Below, one piece after another: positions 38,659 through 48,534 of a stretch of 64,000 bases of DNA. The translations under genes were made by a program, and so were the position numbers. Origin of the DNA: a bacterium (GTDB taxonomy: Bacteria; Patescibacteriota; Saccharimonadia; Saccharimonadales; SZUA-47); NCBI GenBank assembly GCA_009923445.1, contig RFTN01000001.1:4523-68522 (forward strand). The letters run 5' to 3'. The notes under the pieces were generated by a model. It did not search any database. It saw nothing but the letters and a program-made list of their open reading frames with translations, and was not told the origin of the DNA. Positions within the stretch are counted from its first letter, which is position 1; each line of letters starts with the position of its first letter.

Positions 38659-40188
38659 TTATACATCGTGTAATACAGCAATTTTTGCGCCAAGCTTATT
38701 TAAGCGCTCAGCAATATCTTCATAGCCCCTATTAATAGTGTATACATTGCGTAAAATAGATGTGCCTTTAGCAGCAAGCATTCCAATAAGTAGCAAGCTC
38801 GCTGGCCGTAATGCAGGAGGGCACACGACCTCGGCAGCGATGAATTTTGTCGGCCCCTGTATATACAAACGATGCGGATCGGCCAACTCCACTTGCATTC
38901 CTACCTTGGACATTTCGGTATAGTAAATTGCACGGTTTTCAAACATCCAGTCATGTATAAGCGTTCGACCGTTAATAGCTGCTGCAATGGGAACAAAATA
39001 AGGTAAATTATCTGGGTTAAGACCTGGCCATACATTAGGGTGAATCTTATCCTCGAGAGCCTGAAGCGGTTTTGACCTTTTTAACACAGTAATATCTACG
39101 AGATCAATTAAGCCATTACGCGCTTTGTATGGTTCACTAATATGTAGTTTTACGCCCATTTTATCAAGTTTTAGTAACTCAAGCGCAATCCAGTCAATAG
39201 GTACTCTGCTAATAGTTATTTTAGAATTTGTCGTAATAGCCGTACTTAAAAAGAACATAGCCTCAATTGGGTCTTCTGTGGGAGCATACGTGATGTTCTT
39301 TTTGATGTGCTGTACGCCACTAATACGTAATTGCGTGGTACCAAATCCTTCGATTTTTACACCAAGCTTCATTAAAAAGCCGCATAGGTCTTGCACCATA
39401 TAATCGGCGCTGGCAGATTGAATAACTGTTTGTCCTTGTGTTTTTGCTGCGGCCATAAGAGCATTATTCGTAACGGTATTTCCTTGTTCATACAACACGA
39501 CGCGGTTCGGGTTTTTACGCTTTACATGAATGTCGTAATGACCACGCGGTGATTTAATAGTTACGCCAAACGACTCAAGCACATACATGTGTGGAGCTAC
39601 TGTTCGCTCGCCTAACTTACATCCACCAGCATAAGGTATTTTAAACGCATTTAATTCGTGCATGAGTGGCCCGATTAGCATTAGTACGCTGCGGGTCTTT
39701 CGGGCGGCATCGGCATTTAACGAGTTTATTTTAAGCACTGCTGGTCGTCGTATCTCAAGATCGTTGTTCTCAAGCCATTTAACTTTAACACCTATGCTTT
39801 CGAGCACCTCTATAATTCGGTACACTTCTTCAATTCGCGGAAAAGATACAAACCTTGTAACGCCTAGGTTCAGCAAGCTAGCGCATAACAGCGCAACAGC
39901 CGCATTTTTACTTGTTTTAAGTTCGACTGTTCCCTTAAGTTCATGGCCGCCTTCGATTCGTAAATTTAAACCATCTGAACCTACTTTAATAAGCTGTTTT
40001 TGTAACACCTCGCTTATGCGAGCGAGAGTTTCAAGACTTAGGTTTTGTTTACCTTTTTCGATACGATTAACCGCTGATTGACTTGTGCGTAATTTTGTGG
40101 CGAATTCTGACTGTGTGAGTCCGCGCTCTTGACGAATTTGCTGAATTAAAAGACCAATTTTTTCATTTGAATTTGACATATCGTGCAT
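38659..40188 (-). CDS. murA: XRE-family HTH domain fused to UDP-N-acetylglucosamine 1-carboxyvinyltransferase (MurA)
   Basis: N-terminal ~65 aa LTQSEFATKLRTSQSAVNRIEKGKQNLSLETL (Cro/C1 HTH) followed by a full EPT fold (GTVELKTSKNAAVALLCASLL..., active-site region PYAGGCKLGERTV with conserved Cys). Confidence 0.65.
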   Translation of the reverse strand: MHDMSNSNEKIGLLIQQIRQERGLTQSEFATKLRTSQSAVNRIEKGKQNLSLETLARISEVLQKQLIKVGSDGLNLRIEGGHELKGTVELKTSKNAAVALLCASLLNLGVTRFVSFPRIEEVYRIIEVLESIGVKVKWLENNDLEIRRPAVLKINSLNADAARKTRSVLMLIGPLMHELNAFKIPYAGGCKLGERTVAPHMYVLESFGVTIKSPRGHYDIHVKRKNPNRVVLYEQGNTVTNNALMAAAKTQGQTVIQSASADYMVQDLCGFLMKLGVKIEGFGTTQLRISGVQHIKKNITYAPTEDPIEAMFFLSTAITTNSKITISRVPIDWIALELLKLDKMGVKLHISEPYKARNGLIDLVDITVLKRSKPLQALEDKIHPNVWPGLNPDNLPYFVPIAAAINGRTLIHDWMFENRAIYYTEMSKVGMQVELADPHRLYIQGPTKFIAAEVVCPPALRPASLLLIGMLAAKGTSILRNVYTINRGYEDIAERLNKLGAKIAVLHDV

Positions 40189-40326
40189 TTAATATACCAC
40201 ACCTGGTATATAGTGTTCAAAATTTATTTTAACCTTGTTTGTAATAAGCGCTTAGTTGTATTATTTATGTATGATTTAAATTATTACTGCATCACCTACA
40301 GAAAATAATGATACGAGAGGAATGGT

Positions 40327-41607
40327 ATGCACACTGACGATGCAGTTATAAAACTAATAAAAGCAGAAGAAAAAAGACAACGAGAAGGCCTTGAGCTGAT
40401 ACCAAGTGAAAATTATGTGAGCAGAGCAGTGCTCGATGCTATGGGTAGTGTATTCACAAATAAATATTCTGAAGGCTATATTGGTAAGCGTTATTACGGT
40501 GGCCAAGAAAATACCGATAAAATTGAGCAATTGGCTATTGACCGTGCAAAGGCATTATTTAATTGTGATCATGCCAATGTCCAGCCGCTAGGTGGAGCGA
40601 CGGCAAATGAAATTATGTATAATAGCTGGCTCGAGCCCGGCGACACGGTTATGGCTATGCGTCTTGACCACGGCGGGCACCTTACGCATGGACACCCTGT
40701 TACTTATTTAGCTAAACAGTATAATTTTGTACGTTATGGTATAAAAAATATTGAAACAGGCGAAATTGATTTTGAGGCCTTACGCGCGACCGCTTTAAAA
40801 GAAAAACCAAAGATGCTGCTTGTAGGCTTTTCGGCGTACCCACGTGAGCTGGATTACGCTAAATTTGCAGAAATAGGTAACGAAGTTGGTGCGGTATTGG
40901 TAGCTGACATGGCACATATATCAGGACTTATAGCCGGCAAAGCTCTTAAAAATCCATTTGACTATGGGTTTCATATAATGACTAGCACAACACATAAAAC
41001 CCTTCGTGGTCCTAGGTCGGGAATGATTTTGAGCATGGGAACGGTAAGCAATCCACTAAAAGCACCAGACAAAACTGTAGAAAATTTACCTACACTTATT
41101 GACCGAATGACGTTTCCGGGCATGCAGGGTGGTCCACATATGCACACTATTGCGGCAAAGGCAGTTTGTTTTTACGAAGCAATGCAGCCCGAATACCAAA
41201 ATTACGCACAACAAGTTATTAAAAACGCTAAAAAACTAGCTGATAGCTTAATGGAGCGTGGTTTTAAGCTTATTACAAACGGTACCGACAATCACCTTTT
41301 GCTGTGTGACATTAAAACTAGTTTTGGTATTCACGGAGGAGTAGCAGAAGAAGCCCTTGATGCGATTGGGCTGACTATGAACAAAAATTCCATACCTAAC
41401 GATACCGAGCCGCCGTTTAGACCGAGTGGTCTGCGTTTAGGCACGCCAGCTATGACCACAAGAGGTTTAACTGAAGATCACATGGAGCAAATTGCTGAAT
41501 GGATGCTGCAGGGTATAGTGCACCGTAGTGATGCAAAAAAAATGGCCTCTCTTCGTGCTGAAACAAAAGAATTTGCACTGAAGTTTCCAATGCCAAGTGA
41601 CGTTTAA
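40327..41607 (+). CDS. glyA: Serine hydroxymethyltransferase
   Basis: GGHLTHGHPV and the PLP-lysine region TSTTHKTLRGPR. Confidence 0.9.
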   Translation: MHTDDAVIKLIKAEEKRQREGLELIPSENYVSRAVLDAMGSVFTNKYSEGYIGKRYYGGQENTDKIEQLAIDRAKALFNCDHANVQPLGGATANEIMYNSWLEPGDTVMAMRLDHGGHLTHGHPVTYLAKQYNFVRYGIKNIETGEIDFEALRATALKEKPKMLLVGFSAYPRELDYAKFAEIGNEVGAVLVADMAHISGLIAGKALKNPFDYGFHIMTSTTHKTLRGPRSGMILSMGTVSNPLKAPDKTVENLPTLIDRMTFPGMQGGPHMHTIAAKAVCFYEAMQPEYQNYAQQVIKNAKKLADSLMERGFKLITNGTDNHLLLCDIKTSFGIHGGVAEEALDAIGLTMNKNSIPNDTEPPFRPSGLRLGTPAMTTRGLTEDHMEQIAEWMLQGIVHRSDAKKMASLRAETKEFALKFPMPSDV

Positions 41608-42650
41608 GGCAGCAGTTCGGGTTCTTGTTCTAATGTAACATCAAAAAGTTCTTTTACTTTATCTACAATTTTTTTCTTAAAAGTAATTAGTTGATGTGTT
41701 GACGTTGCATTTTCATTTACTATTACCAGATTTTGGCCGGGCCAAGTTGCCATTCCAGTTTCAGAATCATGAATGCCGCTAAAGCCGGCCTTTTCTATGA
41801 GCCATCCAGCTGCTAATTTGTAAGAACCGTCTGGTAGTTCCCATGATTTTATATCAGGGTATTTAGCTATTAGATTATCGTATTGTTTTTTGGGCACAAT
41901 TGGGTTTGCAAAAAATGATCCGTTGTTTGCGGTTTGACTAGGGTCGGGCAGCTTACTGCTTCTTATTGCAATCACTGCATTACGTAGCGTTGTTGGTGTG
42001 TATTCAGTAATACTATTTTTATCAAGGTATGCTTGTAAAGATTCGTAAAAAGGTGGAGTAGGGGCTTGCTGCGATAGTTTAAATGTGACACTTGTTATGA
42101 TAAATCTACCAGCGTCTGTTGTTTTGAATCTACTTGTTCTGTACCCAAACTGACAGTCACTGCCGGGTATATTTACAAATTCTTTTGTTTGAGTGTCGTA
42201 TGCACGTAGTTCGGTTATAACATTTGCTATTTCTTGGCCGTACGCACCAACATTTTGTACTGGCGTTGCACCAACTGTACCTGGTATGAGACTTAGCGTC
42301 TCTAGACCACTTAGGTTTTTATCTGTAGTTATGAGTACAGCTTCGTCCCAAGAATGACCCGACCCAAATGTTACTGTCGTATCATCATGAAACGTAACGC
42401 TTGCGATATTGTTTACGATCACAAGTCCTTCAAATCCCTTGTCACTCCAAATGATATTACTTCCCGACCCAATAATGCGGTGAGGAATGTTATTTTTTGT
42501 AGCAAATTCTAGTGCTTCTAATAAATCCTCTTCGCTTGTAACTGAGCACACATATCGCGCTGTACCGCCAAGCCGCATAGTACTGTAAAGCTTCAAACTA
42601 ACATTTTCTTGTATGTTCATTGTGTTCAGTATAGCGTGCCGAGTATGCAA
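41604..42650 (-). CDS. murB: UDP-N-acetylenolpyruvoylglucosamine reductase MurB
   Basis: FAD-binding N-terminus (TMRLGGTARY..., IIGSGSNII) and MurB C-terminal domain. Confidence 0.8.
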   Translation of the reverse strand: MHTRHAILNTMNIQENVSLKLYSTMRLGGTARYVCSVTSEEDLLEALEFATKNNIPHRIIGSGSNIIWSDKGFEGLVIVNNIASVTFHDDTTVTFGSGHSWDEAVLITTDKNLSGLETLSLIPGTVGATPVQNVGAYGQEIANVITELRAYDTQTKEFVNIPGSDCQFGYRTSRFKTTDAGRFIITSVTFKLSQQAPTPPFYESLQAYLDKNSITEYTPTTLRNAVIAIRSSKLPDPSQTANNGSFFANPIVPKKQYDNLIAKYPDIKSWELPDGSYKLAAGWLIEKAGFSGIHDSETGMATWPGQNLVIVNENATSTHQLITFKKKIVDKVKELFDVTLEQEPELLP

Positions 42651-42711
42651 TAGTAAAAACCAACCCGCTGCTGCTTGTTAAAAACAGATAAAAAATGTAT
42701 TATTTAGACCA

Positions 42712-43248
42712 ATGGGAAATGTACACAATACACCTTTTGCAGGCTTAGGTAGCGCACTACGTGCTATAAGATTACGACAAAAAGAATCATTGCTAGAAGC
42801 CTCTGGGGCAATCGAAGTGAGCGGTGAGCGTTTAGCGCGATTTGAAAATGGCGAACTTCGACCTAGCGACGATATCTTGGAGCTAATAATTTCGCACTAC
42901 AATATGAGTGAGTACGAAGCAGATAAGTTGTGGGACCTGGCTGGTTATAAAAAACAAGAAGATTTTCAGCAGCCAGTTAACCAAGTGCAGACATTTATGC
43001 TAGGACTAGTGCCGCAGCATATAGTGTTTAGCGACGCCGTAGAGGTATCTTTTAACGATTACGGTGTAACTCTTAATTTTATGCAACAATCTTTTCAGCA
43101 AGATCAACAAGTGCCCGTTTCTCGTGTTGGCATGAGCCAGCAGCATGCACAAAAGTTGTTAAACATTCTAACGCAGGCATTACAAGATTCTACACTTAAC
43201 TCTAAAAATCAAAAACAACTCAATCCACCTAAAGATCAGGAAAACTAA
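42712..43248 (+). CDS. XRE-family helix-turn-helix protein
   Basis: LRAIRLRQKESLLEASGAIEVSGERLARFENGE HTH_3-like region. Confidence 0.45.
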   Translation: MGNVHNTPFAGLGSALRAIRLRQKESLLEASGAIEVSGERLARFENGELRPSDDILELIISHYNMSEYEADKLWDLAGYKKQEDFQQPVNQVQTFMLGLVPQHIVFSDAVEVSFNDYGVTLNFMQQSFQQDQQVPVSRVGMSQQHAQKLLNILTQALQDSTLNSKNQKQLNPPKDQEN

Positions 43249-43253
43249 TAACA

Positions 43254-44699
43254 ATGCAATGGAACTATATTGTTGGTGCGGTACTGATTTTTGAATGGAT
43301 ATTGCGTTTTTTAATGTTTTTTATTGTGCCAAAAAATCGCAAGCCGTCTAGCTCAACCGCGTGGTTAATGTTAATTATGATTGAACCAATCATAGGTTCT
43401 ATTATTTTTTATGTTTTTGGGTCGCCATCACTACCTAGGCATCGTCGTGATTATTACAAAAAAGCAAACGAATTTATAAAAAAAGAAATGCATGGGCTTC
43501 AAGAGGTATATGCAAATGCCGAAGTTAAAGACGAAGAAATAACATCAACAGAAGAAAAGTTTGTAAAATTAAATCGCAACCTGGGCGGGTTCCCGATTTA
43601 TAACGGAAACAAAGTTAAGTTTTATGACGACTACAACGAAACTATAAAAATCCTAATTAAAGATATTGATTCTGCCAAAGAGCGCATACTTTTTGAATAT
43701 TTTATTATGGCGCTTGATTCTACAAGCGAGCCAATTTTTGAAGCTCTTGAGCGCGCTCATAATAGGGGAGTTAAAGTATACGTGCTTTTTGATGCTTTAG
43801 CATGTAGGGTCTACCCAAATTACAAAAAAATGAAAAAGCGGCTAAGTGACAGCGGTATTGCGTGGCGAGCTATGTTACCGCTTTATGTTGTGCCAGGTAA
43901 AAAATTTACAAGGCCAGATTTGCGCAACCACAGAAAAATCGTTGTCATTGACGGCAAAATAGGCTACACGGGTTCACAAAACATAATTCAAAAAAATTAT
44001 CATCGTAAGGATGAGCTTTATTACGAAGAATTAGTAGCGCGCATAGAGGGTCCGACAGTATGGCAACTTTCTGCTGTATTTAGGAGTGACTGGTATTCAG
44101 AAACACAAGAATTTATACCAGCTCTTTCGCTGCCTATTGCTGTTGGTAGTGCGAAAGCACAGGTATTACCCAGTGGACCTAGTTACGTAGAAAGCAGTAA
44201 CCTAAAACTTTATACCGCACTTATGCACGGTGCCCACAAAAAGATAGTAATAATCACGCCATATTTTGTACCAGACGATGCAATTATGACTGCACTTACA
44301 AGTGCCGCTCAAAGAGGCGTTGAAGTAACTATGATTAACTCAGAAATAATAGATAAAGTTTTTGTAGGACATGCACAGCGCTCTTACTACGAAGAGCTTT
44401 TGCGTGCCGGTGTTAATATTCTTTTGTATAAAAAACCAGTCTTTTTACACACTAAGCACTTAAGCGTAGATGATTCTATTGCTGTAATAGGGTCAAGCAA
44501 CTTAGATATGCGCTCATTTGAGCTAGATCTTGAAGTTTCAATGGTCTTATACGACAAACAGTCTGTTCAAAAACTGCGTAAAATCGAAGAGCGAATCATT
44601 AACGGATCTAAAAAAGTTTCTTATAATGCGTGGCAAAAACGTAGCATTAAACATCAATTGCTAGATAATTTAGCGCGACTTACTGCTTCATTACAGTAG
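43254..44699 (+). CDS. cls: Cardiolipin synthase (PLD superfamily, two HKD motifs)
   Basis: HRKIVVIDGKIGYTGSQN and HTKHLSVDDSIAVIGSSNLD HxK(x4)D motifs. N-terminal TM helices. Confidence 0.8.
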   Translation: MQWNYIVGAVLIFEWILRFLMFFIVPKNRKPSSSTAWLMLIMIEPIIGSIIFYVFGSPSLPRHRRDYYKKANEFIKKEMHGLQEVYANAEVKDEEITSTEEKFVKLNRNLGGFPIYNGNKVKFYDDYNETIKILIKDIDSAKERILFEYFIMALDSTSEPIFEALERAHNRGVKVYVLFDALACRVYPNYKKMKKRLSDSGIAWRAMLPLYVVPGKKFTRPDLRNHRKIVVIDGKIGYTGSQNIIQKNYHRKDELYYEELVARIEGPTVWQLSAVFRSDWYSETQEFIPALSLPIAVGSAKAQVLPSGPSYVESSNLKLYTALMHGAHKKIVIITPYFVPDDAIMTALTSAAQRGVEVTMINSEIIDKVFVGHAQRSYYEELLRAGVNILLYKKPVFLHTKHLSVDDSIAVIGSSNLDMRSFELDLEVSMVLYDKQSVQKLRKIEERIINGSKKVSYNAWQKRSIKHQLLDNLARLTASLQ

Positions 44700-44716
44700 A
44701 TTATATGCTAAGATTC

Positions 44717-45235
44717 CTAATTTGCTGCTAGGTAGTTTTTTAGTAATAGTATTGTATCTTTAAGGTTAATTTTTGTAGGGTGACCAGCATCGATTTTACT
44801 AATAATTTCATCAGGCATAAGCCACTCTGCGCTTACGAAATCGTTTGGGTTAAATGTTGGCGTATCATCACTGCGGAATAGATAAATAGATCTAATATAT
44901 TTTATATCATTAGAAACGTCTTTACCGATTAGCTCTATTTCTTGCTCATTTATATCTAAATTTAGCTCTTCTTGAGCTTCGCGAATTATAGTTTGTATGT
45001 AATTATCGCCTGCGCTCACATGACCGCCCACTGAATAGTCAAAGCCGTTGGGTGCAATTGTTTTATGTGCCGTACGAATAGGTATGTATAGCTGACCTTT
45101 AGAATTCATAATAAATAAATCGGACGCCCTAATATATCCGATGTTGTCAGCAAGCATTTGTTTGTAATCTTTACGATTAACAGTACCAATAACTTCGTCG
45201 TTTTTGTTTACTAGGTCTAGAAGTTCATCATCCAT
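44717..45235 (-). CDS. NUDIX hydrolase
   Basis: Nudix box GGHVSAGDNYIQTIIREAQEELNL. Confidence 0.7.
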   Translation of the reverse strand: MDDELLDLVNKNDEVIGTVNRKDYKQMLADNIGYIRASDLFIMNSKGQLYIPIRTAHKTIAPNGFDYSVGGHVSAGDNYIQTIIREAQEELNLDINEQEIELIGKDVSNDIKYIRSIYLFRSDDTPTFNPNDFVSAEWLMPDEIISKIDAGHPTKINLKDTILLLKNYLAAN

Positions 45236-45306
45236 AATTAGCTAGAAGTATAAACTAACATCTGTGCAATTAGCAAAAAATAAAACCTCAACTATTGAGG
45301 TTTTAT

Positions 45307-45383
45307 TGGTACACCCGGACGGATTCGAACCGCCGACCTCTTGTTCCGAAGACAAGCGCTCTATCCAGCTGAGCTACGGGTGC
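45307..45383 (-). tRNA. tRNA-Arg (anticodon TCG), CCA encoded
   Basis: Hand-folded: anticodon loop CTTCGGA. Acceptor and D-arm nearly identical to tRNA-Arg(TCT). Confidence 0.85.
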
Positions 45384-45510
45384 ATATAAAGCAAAATTAT
45401 TTAGGTTCGAATCTGGATTCGACCTACCTTTGGCAGGCCCGAAACTTTCATACTACAAACAAGTTTGTAATCTGAAAGGTCTCCTTGCGGCATGCTCCCA
45501 GCATGCCGCA

Positions 45511-45567
45511 CACCGACCTCTTGTTTCGAAGACAAGCGCGCTTGTCCTGCGAAGCTACGGGTGTGTA
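45511..45567 (-). pseudogene. Degenerate partial copy (acceptor-5'/D-arm/anticodon-arm, no T-arm) of tRNA-Arg(TCG)
   Basis: CACCGACCTCTTGTTTCGAAGACAAGCGCGCTTGTCCTGCGAAGCTACGGGTGTG aligns to tRNA positions 1-48 with substitutions. Preceded by a perfect 9-bp GC hairpin CGGCATGCT-ccc-AGCATGCCG. Confidence 0.45.
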
Positions 45568-45609
45568 GGCTGTATTGTACCAGTTATCTAGGCTTTTTAA
45601 CAGAGGTTA

Positions 45610-46233
45610 TTACGTGTTACTTATTATGGGTGCTTGCTGAATAAAGCTATTTTTTTCAAGAATTTCAATAATTGCTGCTGCAACGTCGAATCTTGAAACG
45701 TATGGTTTTGTTGGTCCATTGCTTCTAAGTATAAAAGGGCTTGGAGCTGTATTTTGTAGCTTTAGAACACGCAATATAGTCCAATTTGTATCACTCTTTT
45801 TTATTAGCTCAACATGTTTTTTGCCATCGGCTATGCGCTTTGGATCAATAAACCCAATAGATAAATTTAATATATGGTCTATTATGGTGATTTTGTCGCC
45901 CTCAAAACGCACGCCCGTACCAGTGAGGCTTACTAAACGCTTTATGCCTAGTGTATGCATAGCTCGCAGTGCGGTAGCTATAGCGTCGGTCTGTACGGTA
46001 GCACTAGATTTTTTTGTGTGACCAATAAGGCTTACAACGGCGTTGCAATCCTTAAACAATCGTAAGACTTGTTCGTAGTTTGTGGCGTCGCACTCAAACA
46101 CAGCTAGGTTATCGTTCTTTAAAAAGGGACTCGTGCCGTATACGCCAGCGTTAATTTTATGACCGGCCCCTAAGGCTGCTTCTACAAAAATTTTACCCGA
46201 TCTTCCGTTAGCTGCTAGTACCGCTATACGCAT
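45610..46233 (-). CDS. NAD(P)H-binding Rossmann-fold protein (NmrA/SDR-like)
   Basis: MRIAVLAANGRSGKIFVEAAL glycine-rich dinucleotide motif. Confidence 0.5.
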   Translation of the reverse strand: MRIAVLAANGRSGKIFVEAALGAGHKINAGVYGTSPFLKNDNLAVFECDATNYEQVLRLFKDCNAVVSLIGHTKKSSATVQTDAIATALRAMHTLGIKRLVSLTGTGVRFEGDKITIIDHILNLSIGFIDPKRIADGKKHVELIKKSDTNWTILRVLKLQNTAPSPFILRSNGPTKPYVSRFDVAAAIIEILEKNSFIQQAPIISNT

Positions 46234-46236
46234 ATA

Positions 46237-47118
46237 CTACACAAACACTTCTTCGAGTGACTTTGGCTTTATTTCAGGGAATAGTTCTGACGATACATTA
46301 TTAGTAACTAACATGGGGTTCGAAAGTGACTCAACCATGATTCTGCCAACTTTGGCATGTATGCGCGGGGTAAAAAGATTTAACCACCACGCAGCAACAC
46401 TAACAGGTATAACGTGGAGCTTAACTATTAACATTTTTTTGTTTCTCCAGGCAGCGTAGCGTTTCATTAAATCTCCATAAGATAGCTGCTCGGGGCCTCC
46501 AATTTCAACAATTTGATGCTTAGATGTCTTTAGGTCTATGGCTGCAATTAAGTAACTTAGTGCATCATTTAAGCCAATAGGTTGTGTGAGTGTTTTGGCC
46601 CATTTAGGAAGTGTTAATATAGGTAATTTATGAATTAAATTAACAATTATATCGTACGAAATACTACCGTCACCTATAACCATAGAAGCTCTAAATTCAA
46701 TCACCAATGGCAGGCCATTTTTTAGAATTTGGCCTGTTTTATGCCTGCTGGCTAGATGCTTGGAGAGTTTTTCATTATCATTTCCGAGCCCGCCTAAAAA
46801 TATTACTCGCTTTAATGCTGAGCCTTCGGCAGCAGTACAGAAACTTTTTGCTGCTAATGATTCTGCTTCAGCAAAATCTAACTTATTTTGAGCCATCATA
46901 TGTATTAAGTAATACGCGGCGTCACAGTTTTTTAAGTATACTCGTAACTGTTCGGTATCGAATACGTCTACATTGTGCTTTGATAATCTCGTATCATTAA
47001 GCGGCATCGATTCGGCTTGCATCGAAAGAGCCACGATAGAATGATTGGTTTCAGCTAAAAGTTGTTTTATTAAGTTATGCCCAATGTAGCCATTGGCACC
47101 CAATACGGCAATAATCAT
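46237..47118 (-). CDS. NAD-dependent epimerase/dehydratase / NmrA-family protein
   Basis: MIIAVLGANGYIGHNLIKQLL dinucleotide motif. Tandem with the previous gene. Confidence 0.5.
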   Translation of the reverse strand: MIIAVLGANGYIGHNLIKQLLAETNHSIVALSMQAESMPLNDTRLSKHNVDVFDTEQLRVYLKNCDAAYYLIHMMAQNKLDFAEAESLAAKSFCTAAEGSALKRVIFLGGLGNDNEKLSKHLASRHKTGQILKNGLPLVIEFRASMVIGDGSISYDIIVNLIHKLPILTLPKWAKTLTQPIGLNDALSYLIAAIDLKTSKHQIVEIGGPEQLSYGDLMKRYAAWRNKKMLIVKLHVIPVSVAAWWLNLFTPRIHAKVGRIMVESLSNPMLVTNNVSSELFPEIKPKSLEEVFV

Positions 47119-47208
47119 AAGCTTATTGTAACACTTATGGCTTTTAAAGTAATAACCCTATGCATGTAAATTATCATGCATAGGGTTAGGTACTATTTTA
47201 GATAGTAT

Positions 47209-47937
47209 TTATTTTGAAGCAGCTTCGACTGTTGATTCGCCAGCTTTTGGCTTGACGCTTTCAGATAGTGACTTAATACCAGCAAGCAATACTAATCCAA
47301 AGACTGCTTTTGCTGTTACATCAAGTACTGCATATACTGCGTTTTCTGTTTCGAATGATAATGTTCCGACACCGCTACCTGCTAGATACCAAACTACAGG
47401 GTAAGCAATCCATAGTACCGACAAGAACATAGCAAGTGACATGTACAGCTTAGTTACCTTAGGGCCTGCAACTTTTTTAGACTCATTAAGAACAACTACG
47501 TACAGCATGTATACAATCAGGAAGAGTGCTACACAGCTAAACACATACCATGGCCATTTTTGTTCAGTTAAAGTAGCGAATACTCCAGTTATAATCATGT
47601 ATACATCAAGGCCAATTACGCCTGTTAGTATAGACCCGCGTTCTTTACTTTTATTTTTTGGAATTGCTACTGTCACCAAACTTGCAAGTAATAGTGGCGT
47701 AGTTATAAGCCAGTCTGCGTAACGTGCAAGCTGTACTTCTTGACCATTAATTACAAAGGTACCAAAGCCAATTGTTAGAGCATAGTACGATGTAGCTGCA
47801 ATGAGCGTAATCCAGCCAGCTAGAAACACATGGTGCCTGTCTTCTTTACGTAATGTTGATCCTAAAAAACCTATGGCTAGAGTACCGATTATCATACCCC
47901 ATAATCCGAACTGGAGCCAACTTATATCTGCGTTCAT
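47209..47937 (-). CDS. Type-1 microbial rhodopsin (7TM, retinal-binding Lys present)
   Basis: Helix C RYADWLITTPLLLASL, helix F WIAYPVVWYLAGSG, helix G LDVTAKAVFG with the Schiff-base lysine. D-T-S at the bR 85/89/96 positions by alignment. Confidence 0.8.
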   Translation of the reverse strand: MNADISWLQFGLWGMIIGTLAIGFLGSTLRKEDRHHVFLAGWITLIAATSYYALTIGFGTFVINGQEVQLARYADWLITTPLLLASLVTVAIPKNKSKERGSILTGVIGLDVYMIITGVFATLTEQKWPWYVFSCVALFLIVYMLYVVVLNESKKVAGPKVTKLYMSLAMFLSVLWIAYPVVWYLAGSGVGTLSFETENAVYAVLDVTAKAVFGLVLLAGIKSLSESVKPKAGESTVEAASK

Positions 47938-48009
47938 ATATAACCCTTATGTTAATTTATGACATAAGTATACATCGATTTTATTTTTTACAAAAACTTT
48001 TTTGTAAGT

Positions 48010-48462
48010 TTATTTATTAAGTTCTGTAATATAGTTTTTTAATCGCTTTAAAGTTGTTTTAAGGCCTATTAAGGCAATAGGTTTTACTATAAACCAACCA
48101 ATTTCGCCCATAAACCCAAACGGAACCTCTACGTATTCTGTCCATGTAAACTGTGTCGCTGTTCCTTTTTTTGAAGTTTCAAACACGCCCCTGCCTTTAA
48201 CTATGTTGCCCGTATGCGACACCTCGCATCTTGTTCCATAACTCCAGGCTGTAATTACCATAGTATCGTTAAACCCAAAACTACCAATACCCGTAAAGGC
48301 TTCGATTGTGCCACCTGCTTTCTTTGAATTTGTACTTGTCGCTCTCACTTTGGTCAGCAGCACCCAATTACTTTGTTTATTCCAGTCGGTTACGACATCA
48401 AATACTGTATGAAGAGGGGCGTCTATTATTATGCTTGCCTGAATGCGCTTAGTATTACTCAT
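48010..48462 (-). CDS. SRPBCC (START/polyketide-cyclase-like) fold protein
   Basis: Size and beta-grip pattern (IIIDAPLHTVFDVVTDWNKQSNW...). Confidence 0.35.
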   Translation of the reverse strand: MSNTKRIQASIIIDAPLHTVFDVVTDWNKQSNWVLLTKVRATSTNSKKAGGTIEAFTGIGSFGFNDTMVITAWSYGTRCEVSHTGNIVKGRGVFETSKKGTATQFTWTEYVEVPFGFMGEIGWFIVKPIALIGLKTTLKRLKNYITELNK

Positions 48463-48534
48463 GTTTTACTTATCATTTTAACCTTACTGCATGCAAAGCA
48501 CACTATTTTATGTTTAGTGTTTTAAAATAGTTAT

